A DNA stretch of 64,000 nucleotides, taken from an uncultured Ferrovum sp. (GTDB lineage: Bacteria; Pseudomonadota; Gammaproteobacteria; Burkholderiales; Ferrovaceae). The position numbers and the translations under genes are program-made. The notes beneath the pieces were generated by a model. It was not told the DNA's origin, searched no databases, and saw only the letters and a list, made by a program, of their open reading frames with translations. The stretch lies in the NCBI GenBank assembly GCA_903863375.1, contig CAIPBT010000149.1, positions 4,766 to 68,765 of the forward strand, read 5' to 3'. How positions within the stretch are numbered: the first letter of the stretch is position 1; every line of letters begins with the position of its first letter. Shown here piece after piece: positions 1 through 8,613 of this stretch.

Positions 1-671
1 TCCTCATGGGCGCCAAAGCGGTATACCAGTCCGACCGAAATCAGATCGACGTTGTTGGTGTGGTTGTAGGTGTCGTCCATCCGGTAGCGTTCGGCTTCGG
101 CCCGCACCGCGAAGGATTCGCTCAGCGCGTATTGCACACCAACCCCATATTTCCAGTCGGTGTAGTGACTGGTGCGGCTCGAATCGGGGTTGCCGAAAGC
201 CGTGCCGGTGGTCGACAGCGTGGACTTGGTGCGCCCATCCAGAATGCCGCCGCGGAGGAAGGCGGAAAACCGCGAGGTGACGGGCAGGATGCCCAGCAGG
301 CCAAGGCTGAAGCCATCCGGCTGGATGTTGCCGGTCAGGGTGCCGGCGGGGGCGATGTTGGTCTCGGTGAACTTTGACTTGCCGCCATCCGCGTAGCTGC
401 CTTCGATGGCCAGATAGGGGTTCAGCTGATAGCCCCCGAAGACCTTATATCCCGTGTCGTTGTCCTGATGGTCGGAGGCCCCGAGATTCGAATTGGGGCC
501 CAGCAGGTCGTTGGCGATACGTGCATCGTTGATCTTGGCGCGCGACTGTCCGATGCTGAGGCCGCCATACCAGCCGACATCATCGGCCTGGGCCGCGGAC
601 TGGAGCAGCAGTGCCAGGGCACCACACTGGAGGATCTGACTGACTTTCGGGCTTCGGCTGAACTTGTTCAC
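1..671 (-). CDS. OmpA-like outer-membrane beta-barrel protein (3' end at or beyond window edge)
   Basis: Absent from the ORF track because it runs off the edge. GTG at 671 follows AGGAG by 10 nt. Translation VNKFSRSPKVSQILQCGALALLLQSAAQA/DDVGWYGGLSIGQSRAK...NVDLISVGLVYRFG has a signal peptide and alternating beta-strands ending in the aromatic YRF motif. Confidence 0.75.
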   Translation of the reverse strand, partial: MNKFSRSPKVSQILQCGALALLLQSAAQADDVGWYGGLSIGQSRAKINDARIANDLLGPNSNLGASDHQDNDTGYKVFGGYQLNPYLAIEGSYADGGKSKFTETNIAPAGTLTGNIQPDGFSLGLLGILPVTSRFSAFLRGGILDGRTKSTLSTTGTAFGNPDSSRTSHYTDWKYGVGVQYALSESFAVRAEAERYRMDDTYNHTNNVDLISVGLVYRFGAHE

Positions 672-1062
672 GGGACGCTAGCTCCTGATCGAGACCTGCA
701 GGGGACAGCCGAGAGGCGGCTGTCGGGCGTCGCGGAACGATGCGAGGGCAAGCGCCACCCCCAGCAGGATTTCGCAACAGCGGGTCATGACACCCGCTTG
801 ACGGCAGTGTTCTCCTCGCTCGCCTGGCCTTCCGTACGCTGTCGAACGTAGTCGGCAGATCCGTATCAGGCGGGTTGCCGCATCGGCGGATCGACCGATC
901 TGTCATCCCCGTGGGGGGCAGCGCACAGAGGTGGCGATCGGTGTGCGGGCACTCTCACCCGTGCCTGTACGATCGTCCCTTCGCGACGGGCATCCAGCGG
1001 TTGCCGCTGGCCGCGTCCGGCCAGCGGTTGCCAGCCCTGTTCCCCTCTCAGGAGTCTTCATC

Positions 1063-1566
1063 ATGGAAGCCAAAGCCTTGCCGTACTACGTTTTCAACAC
1101 GCACGAGGAAGCGGAAGAAGCCATCCGGATCCTGAGCCGTGGCGGGATGGATATCCGCCAGATTTCCCTCGTGGGAAAGGGCTATCACAGCGAGGAACAT
1201 CCCGTTGGTTTCTACACCATGGGCGATCGCATCCTGAGCTGGGGCGGGGCCGGCGCCTTCTGGGGCGGCCTGTGGGGGTTGCTGTTCGCACCAGGCATCT
1301 TCCTGCTGCCGGGCATCGGCGTGGTGGCGCTGGCCGGTCCCCTGGTGGCCTTGCTGGTCAGCGGCGTGGAGGGTGCGGTGGTGGTTGGTGGCGTTTCGGC
1401 GCTGGCCGCCGCACTCTTCCAGGTGGGCATGTCAAAAGATGACGTGATCCGTTACGAGACGGCGCTCAAGGCCGACAAGTTCATCCTGATGGTGCATGGC
1501 ACGGCCGGCGAAGTCGAGCATGCGCAGGCCTTGCTGGAACAGCATCGGGTGCTGGAAATGGCCTGA
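1063..1566 (+). CDS. Glycine-zipper membrane stress protein (YflT/general-stress-17M-like N-terminal domain)
   Basis: ATG at 1063 is preceded by CAGGAG. MEAKALPYYVFNTHEEAEEAIRILSRGGMDIRQISLVGKG is followed by G/A-rich transmembrane segments. The upstream part of ORF 931..1566 looks non-coding. Confidence 0.6.
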   Translation: MEAKALPYYVFNTHEEAEEAIRILSRGGMDIRQISLVGKGYHSEEHPVGFYTMGDRILSWGGAGAFWGGLWGLLFAPGIFLLPGIGVVALAGPLVALLVSGVEGAVVVGGVSALAAALFQVGMSKDDVIRYETALKADKFILMVHGTAGEVEHAQALLEQHRVLEMA

Positions 1567-1693
1567 TGGCAGCGGCGTTGCCGCAACCGTCCGCAAGGCC
1601 GGGGGCGGCACGTTGTGTGTGCGCTGTCGCGCAGACAGCGCTGATAGCGCGCTGGCAATTTCTCAATCATCGGCCATTCTGGGCAGCCTGAAC

Positions 1694-2671
1694 ATGACAA
1701 CCTCGTCGCAATCCAGCGCCAACCCGTCCGTGAGTGACAACACGCTGCAGGCCCTGCGGATGTCGGAGTCACGCTATCGCCGACTGTTTGAGGCAGCTCG
1801 CGACGGCATTCTGCTGCTCAACGTGCAGACGGGGCGGGTGGAAGACGTCAATCCCTTTCTGATTGACCTGCTTGGCTACTCGCGGGATGAATGCCTGGCC
1901 CGCCACTTCTGGCAACTGGGCAGTCGCACCGACGAATATCAGGGCCGTGCCGTTTTTCGTCAGATGCAGGAGCAGGGGTACGCCCGTTTCGATTATCTGC
2001 CCCTGCGCACCCGTGATGGCAATCTGGTCGCCGTAGAGGTGGTCGCCAATCGCTACGATTGCGACGGCATTGCGGTCATCCAGTGCAATGTGCGCGACAT
2101 TTCGGCGCGACGGCTGGAAGAGGCCACCCTGCGGGAACTGGCCTTTCATGATCCCCTGACGCGCCTGCCCAACCGCCGTCTGCTGCTGGACCGCCTTGAC
2201 CAGGCTACCCGCACCAGCCGTCGTCGCAATACCTATGCCGCCTTGCTGTTTCTCGACCTGGATGCCTTCAAGCTCCTGAATGACACGTTGGGCCATGCGG
2301 CGGGCGACGCCGTACTGGTGATCACGGCCGACCGGCTGCTGGGGCTGATCCGTGACGTCGACACAGTGGCCCGTCTGGGGGGCGACGAGTTCGTGATCCT
2401 GCTCGAGGCCCTCGGGCCTGATCTGGCTGCGGCCGAGAGTTTTGCAGCCGATGTGGCGGGCAAGATCCGGCGGGCGCTGGCCTTGCCCTACGCGCTATCT
2501 GCTGGCCACTGGCAGGGCTCGTGCAGTTTGGGCGTGGTGACGTTTCTGGGGTCGTCCATCCGGCCTGAGTTGCTGCTCGGCCAGGCTGACCGCCGCATGT
2601 ATCTGGAAAAGCAGGATCACCTGCGACAATCTGCCCGTCAGGTGCCCTCGGTACTGCTGCTGACCTCGTGA
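1694..2671 (+). CDS. PAS-domain diguanylate cyclase (GGDEF, with RxxD I-site)
   Basis: A PAS segment (SESRYRRLFEAARDGILLLN...) precedes AFHDPLTRLPNRR and RDVDTVARLGGDEFVILLE. The start was chosen at MTTSSQ within ORF 1496..2671 and is uncertain. Confidence 0.85.
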   Translation: MTTSSQSSANPSVSDNTLQALRMSESRYRRLFEAARDGILLLNVQTGRVEDVNPFLIDLLGYSRDECLARHFWQLGSRTDEYQGRAVFRQMQEQGYARFDYLPLRTRDGNLVAVEVVANRYDCDGIAVIQCNVRDISARRLEEATLRELAFHDPLTRLPNRRLLLDRLDQATRTSRRRNTYAALLFLDLDAFKLLNDTLGHAAGDAVLVITADRLLGLIRDVDTVARLGGDEFVILLEALGPDLAAAESFAADVAGKIRRALALPYALSAGHWQGSCSLGVVTFLGSSIRPELLLGQADRRMYLEKQDHLRQSARQVPSVLLLTS

Positions 2672-2698
2672 GGTGAACCCGGACGTTGCCACCTGGAT

Positions 2699-3139
2699 TC
2701 AGGGCGGCCGAGTCTTCCCGCCATGGCCATCAATCAGGGCATCGTGCAGCACCAGCACGCCGGCGGTGCCGTGGACCAGTCGCTCGATCTGCGCACGCTC
2801 GTCGTCATTGACGATGAAACCGGTCAGCGTGACCTCCCCTTGCTGGGTTCGGATATGGATGTTCAAGGGATCGGTATCCAGCACGGCACCCGCCAGATGT
2901 TGGCGGATATCGTCGGTGACACGATGGTCTTCGGCCGAGAACCACCGGTCCAGTCCATCACCGGCTGGCGGCCGGGGGATGTCCGTGACAGCTGGAATGC
3001 CGGCGTCCGGCGCGGCCGGGGCATTGCCTGCCGTCCAGCCGCCTGCCAGCAGCATGGCCCGCAGCACAATCGCCGTCAGCAAGACGCCGCGCTGCGGGAG
3101 AGCAGGCAGCCAGGATTTGATCATCCAGACGATTGCCAT
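2699..3139 (-). CDS. BON-domain protein
   Basis: N-terminal hydrophobic segment. C-terminal BON pattern: DDIRQHLAGAVLDTDPLNIHIRTQQGEVTLTGFIVNDDERAQIERLVHGTAGVLVLHDAL. Confidence 0.75.
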   Translation of the reverse strand: MAIVWMIKSWLPALPQRGVLLTAIVLRAMLLAGGWTAGNAPAAPDAGIPAVTDIPRPPAGDGLDRWFSAEDHRVTDDIRQHLAGAVLDTDPLNIHIRTQQGEVTLTGFIVNDDERAQIERLVHGTAGVLVLHDALIDGHGGKTRPP

Positions 3140-3189
3140 GGACGGCAGTCCGGCAGCGATCGCGGCGTCCTGCGGGCGGCAGCGTTTGC

Positions 3190-3573
3190 CTAATTGCCAC
3201 TGCCGATGGTGATCCGGCTGTTGACGGCAGTCACCCCGGTGGTGGCCCTGGCAATCTGCACCGCACGGTCGGCGTCATCCTGGGTATCGGCGCGTCCGGT
3301 CAGTGATACCGCCCCGGCACTGTCCGTCTCGACGCTGATGTGGATCAGACTGTTCATCTTGTCTTCGGCGAGTTGGGCCTTGATCTTGGTGGTGATCACG
3401 GAGTCCTTCACATATTCCATCGCCGGTGAGGGGGCATCGCCTGCCGTGGCGTCAGCGGCCTGGGCCAGGGTGCACAGGCCCAACAGGGAAAGTCCGGCAA
3501 TGGAAAGTCCGACAATCGAAAACCGGAGCGCCGAACGACACAGCAGGGATTCAGGCAGTGCATGAGTACGCAT
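3190..3573 (-). CDS. BON-domain periplasmic protein (OsmY-like)
   Basis: MRTHALPE...signal peptide...AQAADA, then DSVITTKIKAQLAEDKMNSLIHISVETDSAGAVSLTGRADTQDDADRAVQIARATTGVTAVNSRI. The internal ATG at 3573 was chosen. Confidence 0.8.
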   Translation of the reverse strand: MRTHALPESLLCRSALRFSIVGLSIAGLSLLGLCTLAQAADATAGDAPSPAMEYVKDSVITTKIKAQLAEDKMNSLIHISVETDSAGAVSLTGRADTQDDADRAVQIARATTGVTAVNSRITIGSGN

Positions 3574-3708
3574 GATGGATACCTCGCGGATGGAACCCTG
3601 ATGGTCTGCCACCACCGCTTGCTAGGTCTGTACGCCGGCGCACCCCCCGGCGCACATGTCGGCGGATTGCCGGCAGGGCCTTGCTGACGTTCCCGGGCCC
3701 GCTCCGGA

Positions 3709-4425
3709 TCAAACGGCCAGTTGATTGGGCAGCAGGCGGTCGTATTCGCGTTTGACCACGGCATAGCATTCGCAGGTCCGCTTTTCCAGGCCGACCCGAT
3801 CCAGCACCGTGATATGGCCGCGGGCATACCGGATCAGGCCGGCCGACTGCAGTTTCAAGGCTGCCTCGGTGACGCCCTCACGGCGGACCCCCAGCATGTT
3901 GGCGATCAATTCCTGGGTCATGATCAGTTCCGGGCCGTCGAGGCGGTCCAGGCTAAGCAGCAACCAGCGGCACAGTTGCTGATCCAGGCTGTGGTGACGA
4001 TTGCAGACCGCGGTCTGGGCCATCTGCGTGATCAGTGCCTGGGTGTAGCGCAGCAGCACATGCATCACCGGGCCGGCGCGACTGAACTCATCCTTGACGG
4101 CCTTGGCGCGCAGACGCAGTCCCGTCCCCCGGCTTTGCACCACGGCCCGGCTGGGGGTCGACTCTCCCCCCATGAAGAGGGCAATACCCACCACGCCTTC
4201 ATTGCCCACCACGGCGATTTCCGCCGATCCGCCGTTCTCCAGGACATACAACAGGCTGACAATCGCGGTTGTTGGAAAATACACATGAGACAAGGTGCGT
4301 CCGGATTCATACAACACTTGCCCCAGACTGAGTTCGACCGGTTCCAGCAGCGATTCCCAGCGCTGCATTTCCGGTGCCGGCAAGCTCAGCAGGAGTTTGT
4401 TTCGCGTCGCGAGTGTGGTTTGCAT
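3709..4425 (-). CDS. Crp/Fnr-family transcriptional regulator
   Basis: cNMP-binding-like fold (VYFPTTAIVSLLYVLENGGSAEIAVVGNEGVVG) plus a C-terminal HTH (MTQELIANMLGVRREGVTEAALKLQSAGLI). Start at MQTTLATRN. The 109 upstream codons of ORF 3709..4752 cross an AT-rich promoter-like region. Confidence 0.85.
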   Translation of the reverse strand: MQTTLATRNKLLLSLPAPEMQRWESLLEPVELSLGQVLYESGRTLSHVYFPTTAIVSLLYVLENGGSAEIAVVGNEGVVGIALFMGGESTPSRAVVQSRGTGLRLRAKAVKDEFSRAGPVMHVLLRYTQALITQMAQTAVCNRHHSLDQQLCRWLLLSLDRLDGPELIMTQELIANMLGVRREGVTEAALKLQSAGLIRYARGHITVLDRVGLEKRTCECYAVVKREYDRLLPNQLAV

Positions 4426-4678
4426 TGCTCTCGGGGACCTGAATCGGTGGCCTGAATTGAATGGATACCGATCATGCCCTATACAGACTGATTCGCTGTG
4501 TTCGTTATCGAACATAGTAATGGCCGTTTTGAAATGACTGGAATCCGATTTGAAAGAATTTGTACCGTTCAAATTTATTCCGTGATCCCGTCGTGATCGT
4601 CCGGTGGTGGCGTAACCCCGGAGGGCGGCCAGCTCGCTTACACTGCATACAGGGGGTGGCGCGAACCGGCTGCCCGCA

Positions 4679-5881
4679 TTGCATGAGGGTAGGATCAGCT
4701 TGAACGTACAGCGAACCGGTGTGGCAGCAGCGTCGCTCTGGCGGGGCGACATTCTTGAAAACAGCCATCAGGTGCATCTGGCCGTGGTAGACCAGGCCCA
4801 GCCCCTGTTGTACAGCCTGGGCGACCCCGACCGCCTGACCCTGGCGCGATCGGCCGCAAAACCCGCCCAGGCGCTGGCCATTCTCGCCAGTGGCGCGTTC
4901 AGCCGCTTTGATCTGACGGATGCCGACCTGGCCCTGATGTGCGGGTCGCACAGCAGCGAGACCCTGCATGTCGAGCGGGCCCGGGCCATGCTGGCACAGG
5001 TTGGTGCGGTCGAGGCGGACCTGCGTTGCGGTGCCCATCCTTCGCTCTCCGACGCCGTGCAACGGGACTGGATCGCCCGACAATTCCAGCCAACGGCGCT
5101 GTGCAGCAACTGCTCGGGCAAGCACGTTGGCATGCTGGCCGCCCAGCGCGCCCTCGGGTTTGGCGACGCGGAATACCATCGGGCCGACCACCCCCTGCAG
5201 GCATTTGTCCGCCAGTCGGTGGCGGCCAGCTTCGATCTGCCGGCCAGCGCAGTACATTGGGCGGTGGATGGGTGCAACCTGCCAACGCCGGCACTGCCCC
5301 TGCGCGATCTTGCGCGTTTCTACGGGCGGCTCGCGCACGCCGCCACGCTGGTACCATCCGTCAACCCTGGCACAGCCGGCGGTTCTGGTGCTGAAGGGCC
5401 TGGCGCTGACGCGCCTGGCGCTGACGCGCCTGGTGCCGCCACGCCTGGCGCCGATGCGCCGGCCGAGACCGGGCACCAGGCGCGGGTGTACCACGCGATG
5501 GCGCAATATCCGCACCTGATCGCCGGCACCGGGCGCTTCTGTTCAGCCCTGATTGCGACCGGCAAAGGGGAACTGATTGGCAAGGTTGGCGCCGATGCCA
5601 GCTATGCGATCGGGGTACGCGCCTCGGCGCGGACGGCAGCCCTGGGGGCGCAAGGCAGTATCGGTCTTTCGGTCAAGATCGAAGATGGCAATGTGCCGGT
5701 GCTGCACGCCGTGGTCGTGGCCCTGCTAGAGCATCTCGGTCTGCTCGGGCCAGAGGAACTGAAGGCTTTGGCCGCGTTCCGGGCCGGACCGGTGCGCAAT
5801 ACCATGGGGGTGGAAACCGGGCGGCTGACGGTCTCCCTGCCGGCGCTGCCGGTGCGGACGGCGGGCAATCATGGCGCTTGA
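4679..5881 (+). CDS. Asparaginase-II family (PF06089-like) protein carrying a low-complexity insert
   Basis: Family motifs LWRGD...ESHQ-type, ARSAAKPAQAL, MCGSHSSE, NCSGKHVGMLA and DGCNLPT. Start is TTG at 4679 or TTG at 4700 (AGGA lies 5 nt upstream of the latter). Confidence 0.8.
   Translation: MHEGRISLNVQRTGVAAASLWRGDILENSHQVHLAVVDQAQPLLYSLGDPDRLTLARSAAKPAQALAILASGAFSRFDLTDADLALMCGSHSSETLHVERARAMLAQVGAVEADLRCGAHPSLSDAVQRDWIARQFQPTALCSNCSGKHVGMLAAQRALGFGDAEYHRADHPLQAFVRQSVAASFDLPASAVHWAVDGCNLPTPALPLRDLARFYGRLAHAATLVPSVNPGTAGGSGAEGPGADAPGADAPGAATPGADAPAETGHQARVYHAMAQYPHLIAGTGRFCSALIATGKGELIGKVGADASYAIGVRASARTAALGAQGSIGLSVKIEDGNVPVLHAVVVALLEHLGLLGPEELKALAAFRAGPVRNTMGVETGRLTVSLPALPVRTAGNHGA
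5399..5458 (+). repeat. Four 15-bp in-frame tandem repeats (PGADA PGADA PGAAT PGADA) inside the asparaginase-family CDS
   Basis: The units are cctggcgctgacgcg (two copies), cctggtgccgccacg and cctggcgccgatgcg, read directly from the sequence. Confidence 0.9.
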
Positions 5882-6599
5882 GACCTGGTGGCTGTTCGCC
5901 GGCATGACGTTTTTCATCTCGGCCACGCCCGGCCCGAACATGCTGCTGGTGATGCGCAGTGGTGCCACCCACGGATTTGGCCGGGCCCTGGGTACCATGG
6001 CGGGCTGCATGAGCGCCCTGCTGCTGATGTTTGGCCTGTCGGCGGTCGGCCTTGGTGCCCTGCTGAAGGCCTTTCCGCTGGTGTTCGATACCCTGCGCCT
6101 GGTCGGCGCGCTCTATCTGGCTTATCTTGGCGTGCGTTGCTGGCGTGCACCGGTGGCCGCCGACGTGGTTGACGCAGCCGACGCGATTGCTGCAGCCGAA
6201 ACGGGCGTCGCACCCCACGCCGGGGCGGCCACCAGTGCCCCGGCGTGTCCGTCAGTCAGTGATACAGCCGTCCCGCCAGCAGGGCTGGGCCGGCGCGTCA
6301 TGCAGCGCCTGTATCGTGAGGGTTTCCTGGTGTCCGCCAGCAATCCGAAGGCCATCCTGTTCGCGGCTGCTTTCCTGCCGCAATTCATTCGTGCCGACCA
6401 GCCGCAGTTGCCACAATTTGGCATCCTGCTGCTGACTTTTGTCGTGATCGAGGGCAGTTGGTACGCCGTTTATGGCAGCTTTGGCCAGCGCCTCTCGGCT
6501 TACCTGCAGCGCGCCGGTGTGCGGCGGGCATTCAACCGTCTGACCGGGGGCCTGTTCGTCGGCTTCGCTGCCCTAATGGCGTTGGCGCGGGAGGGTTGA
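5871..6599 (+). CDS. LysE/RhtB-family amino-acid exporter
   Basis: MALETWWLFAGMTFFISATPGPNMLLVM... and SNPKAILFAAAFLPQF. It overlaps the upstream gene by 11 nt. A central Ala-rich loop insert of about 50 aa is present. Confidence 0.85.
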   Translation: MALETWWLFAGMTFFISATPGPNMLLVMRSGATHGFGRALGTMAGCMSALLLMFGLSAVGLGALLKAFPLVFDTLRLVGALYLAYLGVRCWRAPVAADVVDAADAIAAAETGVAPHAGAATSAPACPSVSDTAVPPAGLGRRVMQRLYREGFLVSASNPKAILFAAAFLPQFIRADQPQLPQFGILLLTFVVIEGSWYAVYGSFGQRLSAYLQRAGVRRAFNRLTGGLFVGFAALMALAREG

Positions 6600-6603
6600 C
6601 GGG

Positions 6604-6627
6604 CGCGCCGTCGTGCCAGACGGCGCG
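6604..6627. terminator. GC-rich hairpin between convergent genes
   Basis: gcgccgtc-gtgcca-gacggcgc gives an 8-9 bp stem. There is no clear U-tract on either strand. Confidence 0.3.
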
Positions 6628-6641
6628 ACCTGCCCCTCGCC

Positions 6642-6917
6642 CTAGACCGCGGGTAGGCGTTTGCAGTGATCGGCACAACCCCACTGTGCCGACAGGTAGC
6701 GGTCATGTTTCAGACACAGCCCGTCGTTGGCGCGCACCGAAGCATGTGCCGAACTCAGCGTGTGCAGGCCGGGAATGGCCTGCTCCAGAAATGCCGGATC
6801 ATTGCGGAAATGGATACAGCACAGGCACACGGGCTGCGGTTCAGCGGCAGGCTGCGCCGGCAGCCGCGGTCGGAACAGCTGGCGAAAGAACCTATCGTTG
6901 CCGGACACCCGAAGCAT
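6642..6917 (-). CDS. Small Cys-rich hypothetical protein
   Basis: A 91-aa ORF starting 9 nt after the YeiH-family stop, with six Cys (VCLCCIHF...GLCLKH...WGCADHC). GC3 is about 70%. No convincing SD. Function unknown. Confidence 0.45.
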   Translation of the reverse strand: MLRVSGNDRFFRQLFRPRLPAQPAAEPQPVCLCCIHFRNDPAFLEQAIPGLHTLSSAHASVRANDGLCLKHDRYLSAQWGCADHCKRLPAV

Positions 6918-6926
6918 CGGTGGCGC

Positions 6927-8345
6927 TCAGTGCTTCACCAGGTGGGTCCAGTGATCGGCAAAGACCACAGCCGACAACGCGTAACCCAGGGCCACATTGA
7001 CCACCACTCCAGCCGTGAACGCGAGAAAGGGCTTTCGGCCGGCATGCGTCAGATCGCGGAAACGTGTGGTCAGGCCAATGCTGAAAAAGCAGAAGATGAA
7101 GGCCCAGGTGCGCAGGTCCTTCACCGGTGCCACCAGCGCTGGCGTTACCTGTTTGCCGAAGTCCGCCATGCTGTACGCACTGGCGACCCAGGTGATCAGC
7201 AGCGAGGTGGCGAAGAACCCGATCACGAATTTGGGAAAACGCCACCAGATCTGGCCAGCATCGGGCTTGCGGCCATCGGCATCGCGCTCCCATCGCGTGG
7301 TCGAGATGATGGCGAGCACGAAAGCCCAGATCCCGATCCACACGTCGCGCCCCACCACCTTCATCAGGGTGAAGGCCCAGACTGCCTGCTCACTGGTGCC
7401 TTCGATGCCGGGCACCTTGCCGGCATAGTCACCGTAGGCCTGGGCGGCCGCAAAACCCGCAGCATCGGCGAATTCCGACGTACCAATCCACGCGCCGGCG
7501 ACGCCGGTGGGCAGGTGTAGCGCCTGCGCTGCCAGCGGCAGCACAAAGATCATCACGATCGCCCAGAAGATCACCACGGTGATTGCCACCGGGGCATGTT
7601 CCTTGCGGGCCCCGACGGCCCCGGCGATGGCGATGGCGGCCGAAACGCCGCAGACCGCGCCGCCGGCGCCCAGGGTGGCAGAGAACTGCCGGTCAAGACC
7701 AAAGGCCCGGGCACTCCAGAAAATCACCAGGAAGGTCACGATCGACACCAGGGACGCCTGCAGGATGGCGGTCGGTCCCGCCCAGACGATCAGGGTGAAG
7801 GGCAGGGTGGCCCCCAGCAGTACGATACCGGTCTTGATGTAAAACTCGACCCGGAAGCCCTGGTCCATCCAGCGCGGTAAGCCGATCAGGTTGGAAATCG
7901 TCAGCCCGAGCAACAGGGCCACCAAGGGCGGTTCCAGGTTGTAGCGGCTTGCCTCCGACCACTGTCCCAGCGCAAAGATCAGCACTGAGGCGAGGTACAC
8001 AAAACTGAAAGCCGGGATGAAGCGGCTGACCGACTGGCCCATCACCCGTAGGGGAATGCTGAACAGGGTGGCCCAGAGCGCAAACTGGGCACCATAGCGC
8101 ACCCCATTGGCGGCAAAGTGCCCGCCCAGCTGGGACACGGTGGACCACTTGGCGGGGGTTACGGCAATCCACTTCAGGCTGCTGCCCTGCAGGAACAGCA
8201 GCGTGGCAGTCACCACCAGGCCCAGGCCTAGCCAGATCGCCCACCAGTCTTCCTTCAGCCAGAGCTCCCGCCAGCCGAGACGGGAACGGTTTTCGGCCGC
8301 AGACGACGGCGCGGACGCAGCAACAGTGGGGGCGGGACTTGACAC
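6927..8345 (-). CDS. YeiH/UPF0324-family membrane protein (putative sulfate-exporter family)
   Basis: Multi-TM protein with AGGAVCGVSAAIAIAGAVGA and GTSEFADAAG-type segments. I prefer GTG at 8345 (GGAG 6 nt upstream). The longest ORF start at 8459 lies only 7 nt from the upstream terminator, which leaves no room for a promoter. Confidence 0.8.
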   Translation of the reverse strand: MSSPAPTVAASAPSSAAENRSRLGWRELWLKEDWWAIWLGLGLVVTATLLFLQGSSLKWIAVTPAKWSTVSQLGGHFAANGVRYGAQFALWATLFSIPLRVMGQSVSRFIPAFSFVYLASVLIFALGQWSEASRYNLEPPLVALLLGLTISNLIGLPRWMDQGFRVEFYIKTGIVLLGATLPFTLIVWAGPTAILQASLVSIVTFLVIFWSARAFGLDRQFSATLGAGGAVCGVSAAIAIAGAVGARKEHAPVAITVVIFWAIVMIFVLPLAAQALHLPTGVAGAWIGTSEFADAAGFAAAQAYGDYAGKVPGIEGTSEQAVWAFTLMKVVGRDVWIGIWAFVLAIISTTRWERDADGRKPDAGQIWWRFPKFVIGFFATSLLITWVASAYSMADFGKQVTPALVAPVKDLRTWAFIFCFFSIGLTTRFRDLTHAGRKPFLAFTAGVVVNVALGYALSAVVFADHWTHLVKH

Positions 8346-8465
8346 GCAGGACTCCAGCGAAACGGGGAATTGAGCAGGGACGACTATCGAACTGAGCCGG
8401 GAGCTTACCTGAACCTGATTGAGGGCCGAAAAGGCTTTTCCGCTAAAGGAATAGACCATCTGGTT

Positions 8466-8506
8466 ATAAAAGAACGGAGTCCCGCCCTGTGCAGGACGGG
8501 GCTCCC
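8466..8506 (-). terminator. Rho-independent terminator of the 8614..11580 gene
   Basis: Minus strand reads GGAGCCCCGTCC-tgcacag-GGCGGGACTCC followed by GTTCTTTTAT. A second hairpin plus CTTTTGG lies at about 8520-8550. Confidence 0.6.
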
Positions 8507-8613
8507 AGGACGAGACACCAAAAGCGGCAGCCGCAGGGCTGCTGCCGGCGTCAGATCCGCTGTCGGGCCACGGGCAGCCCGCCGTAGCGGCTGGCCCGTG
8601 CCGAGGCAGGTGG

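Noticed and set aside
4505-5515. 336-aa minus-strand ORF crossing the AT-rich spacer
   Set aside because: It is antisense to the asparaginase-family gene and extends into the promoter-like AT-rich region. No motifs are present.
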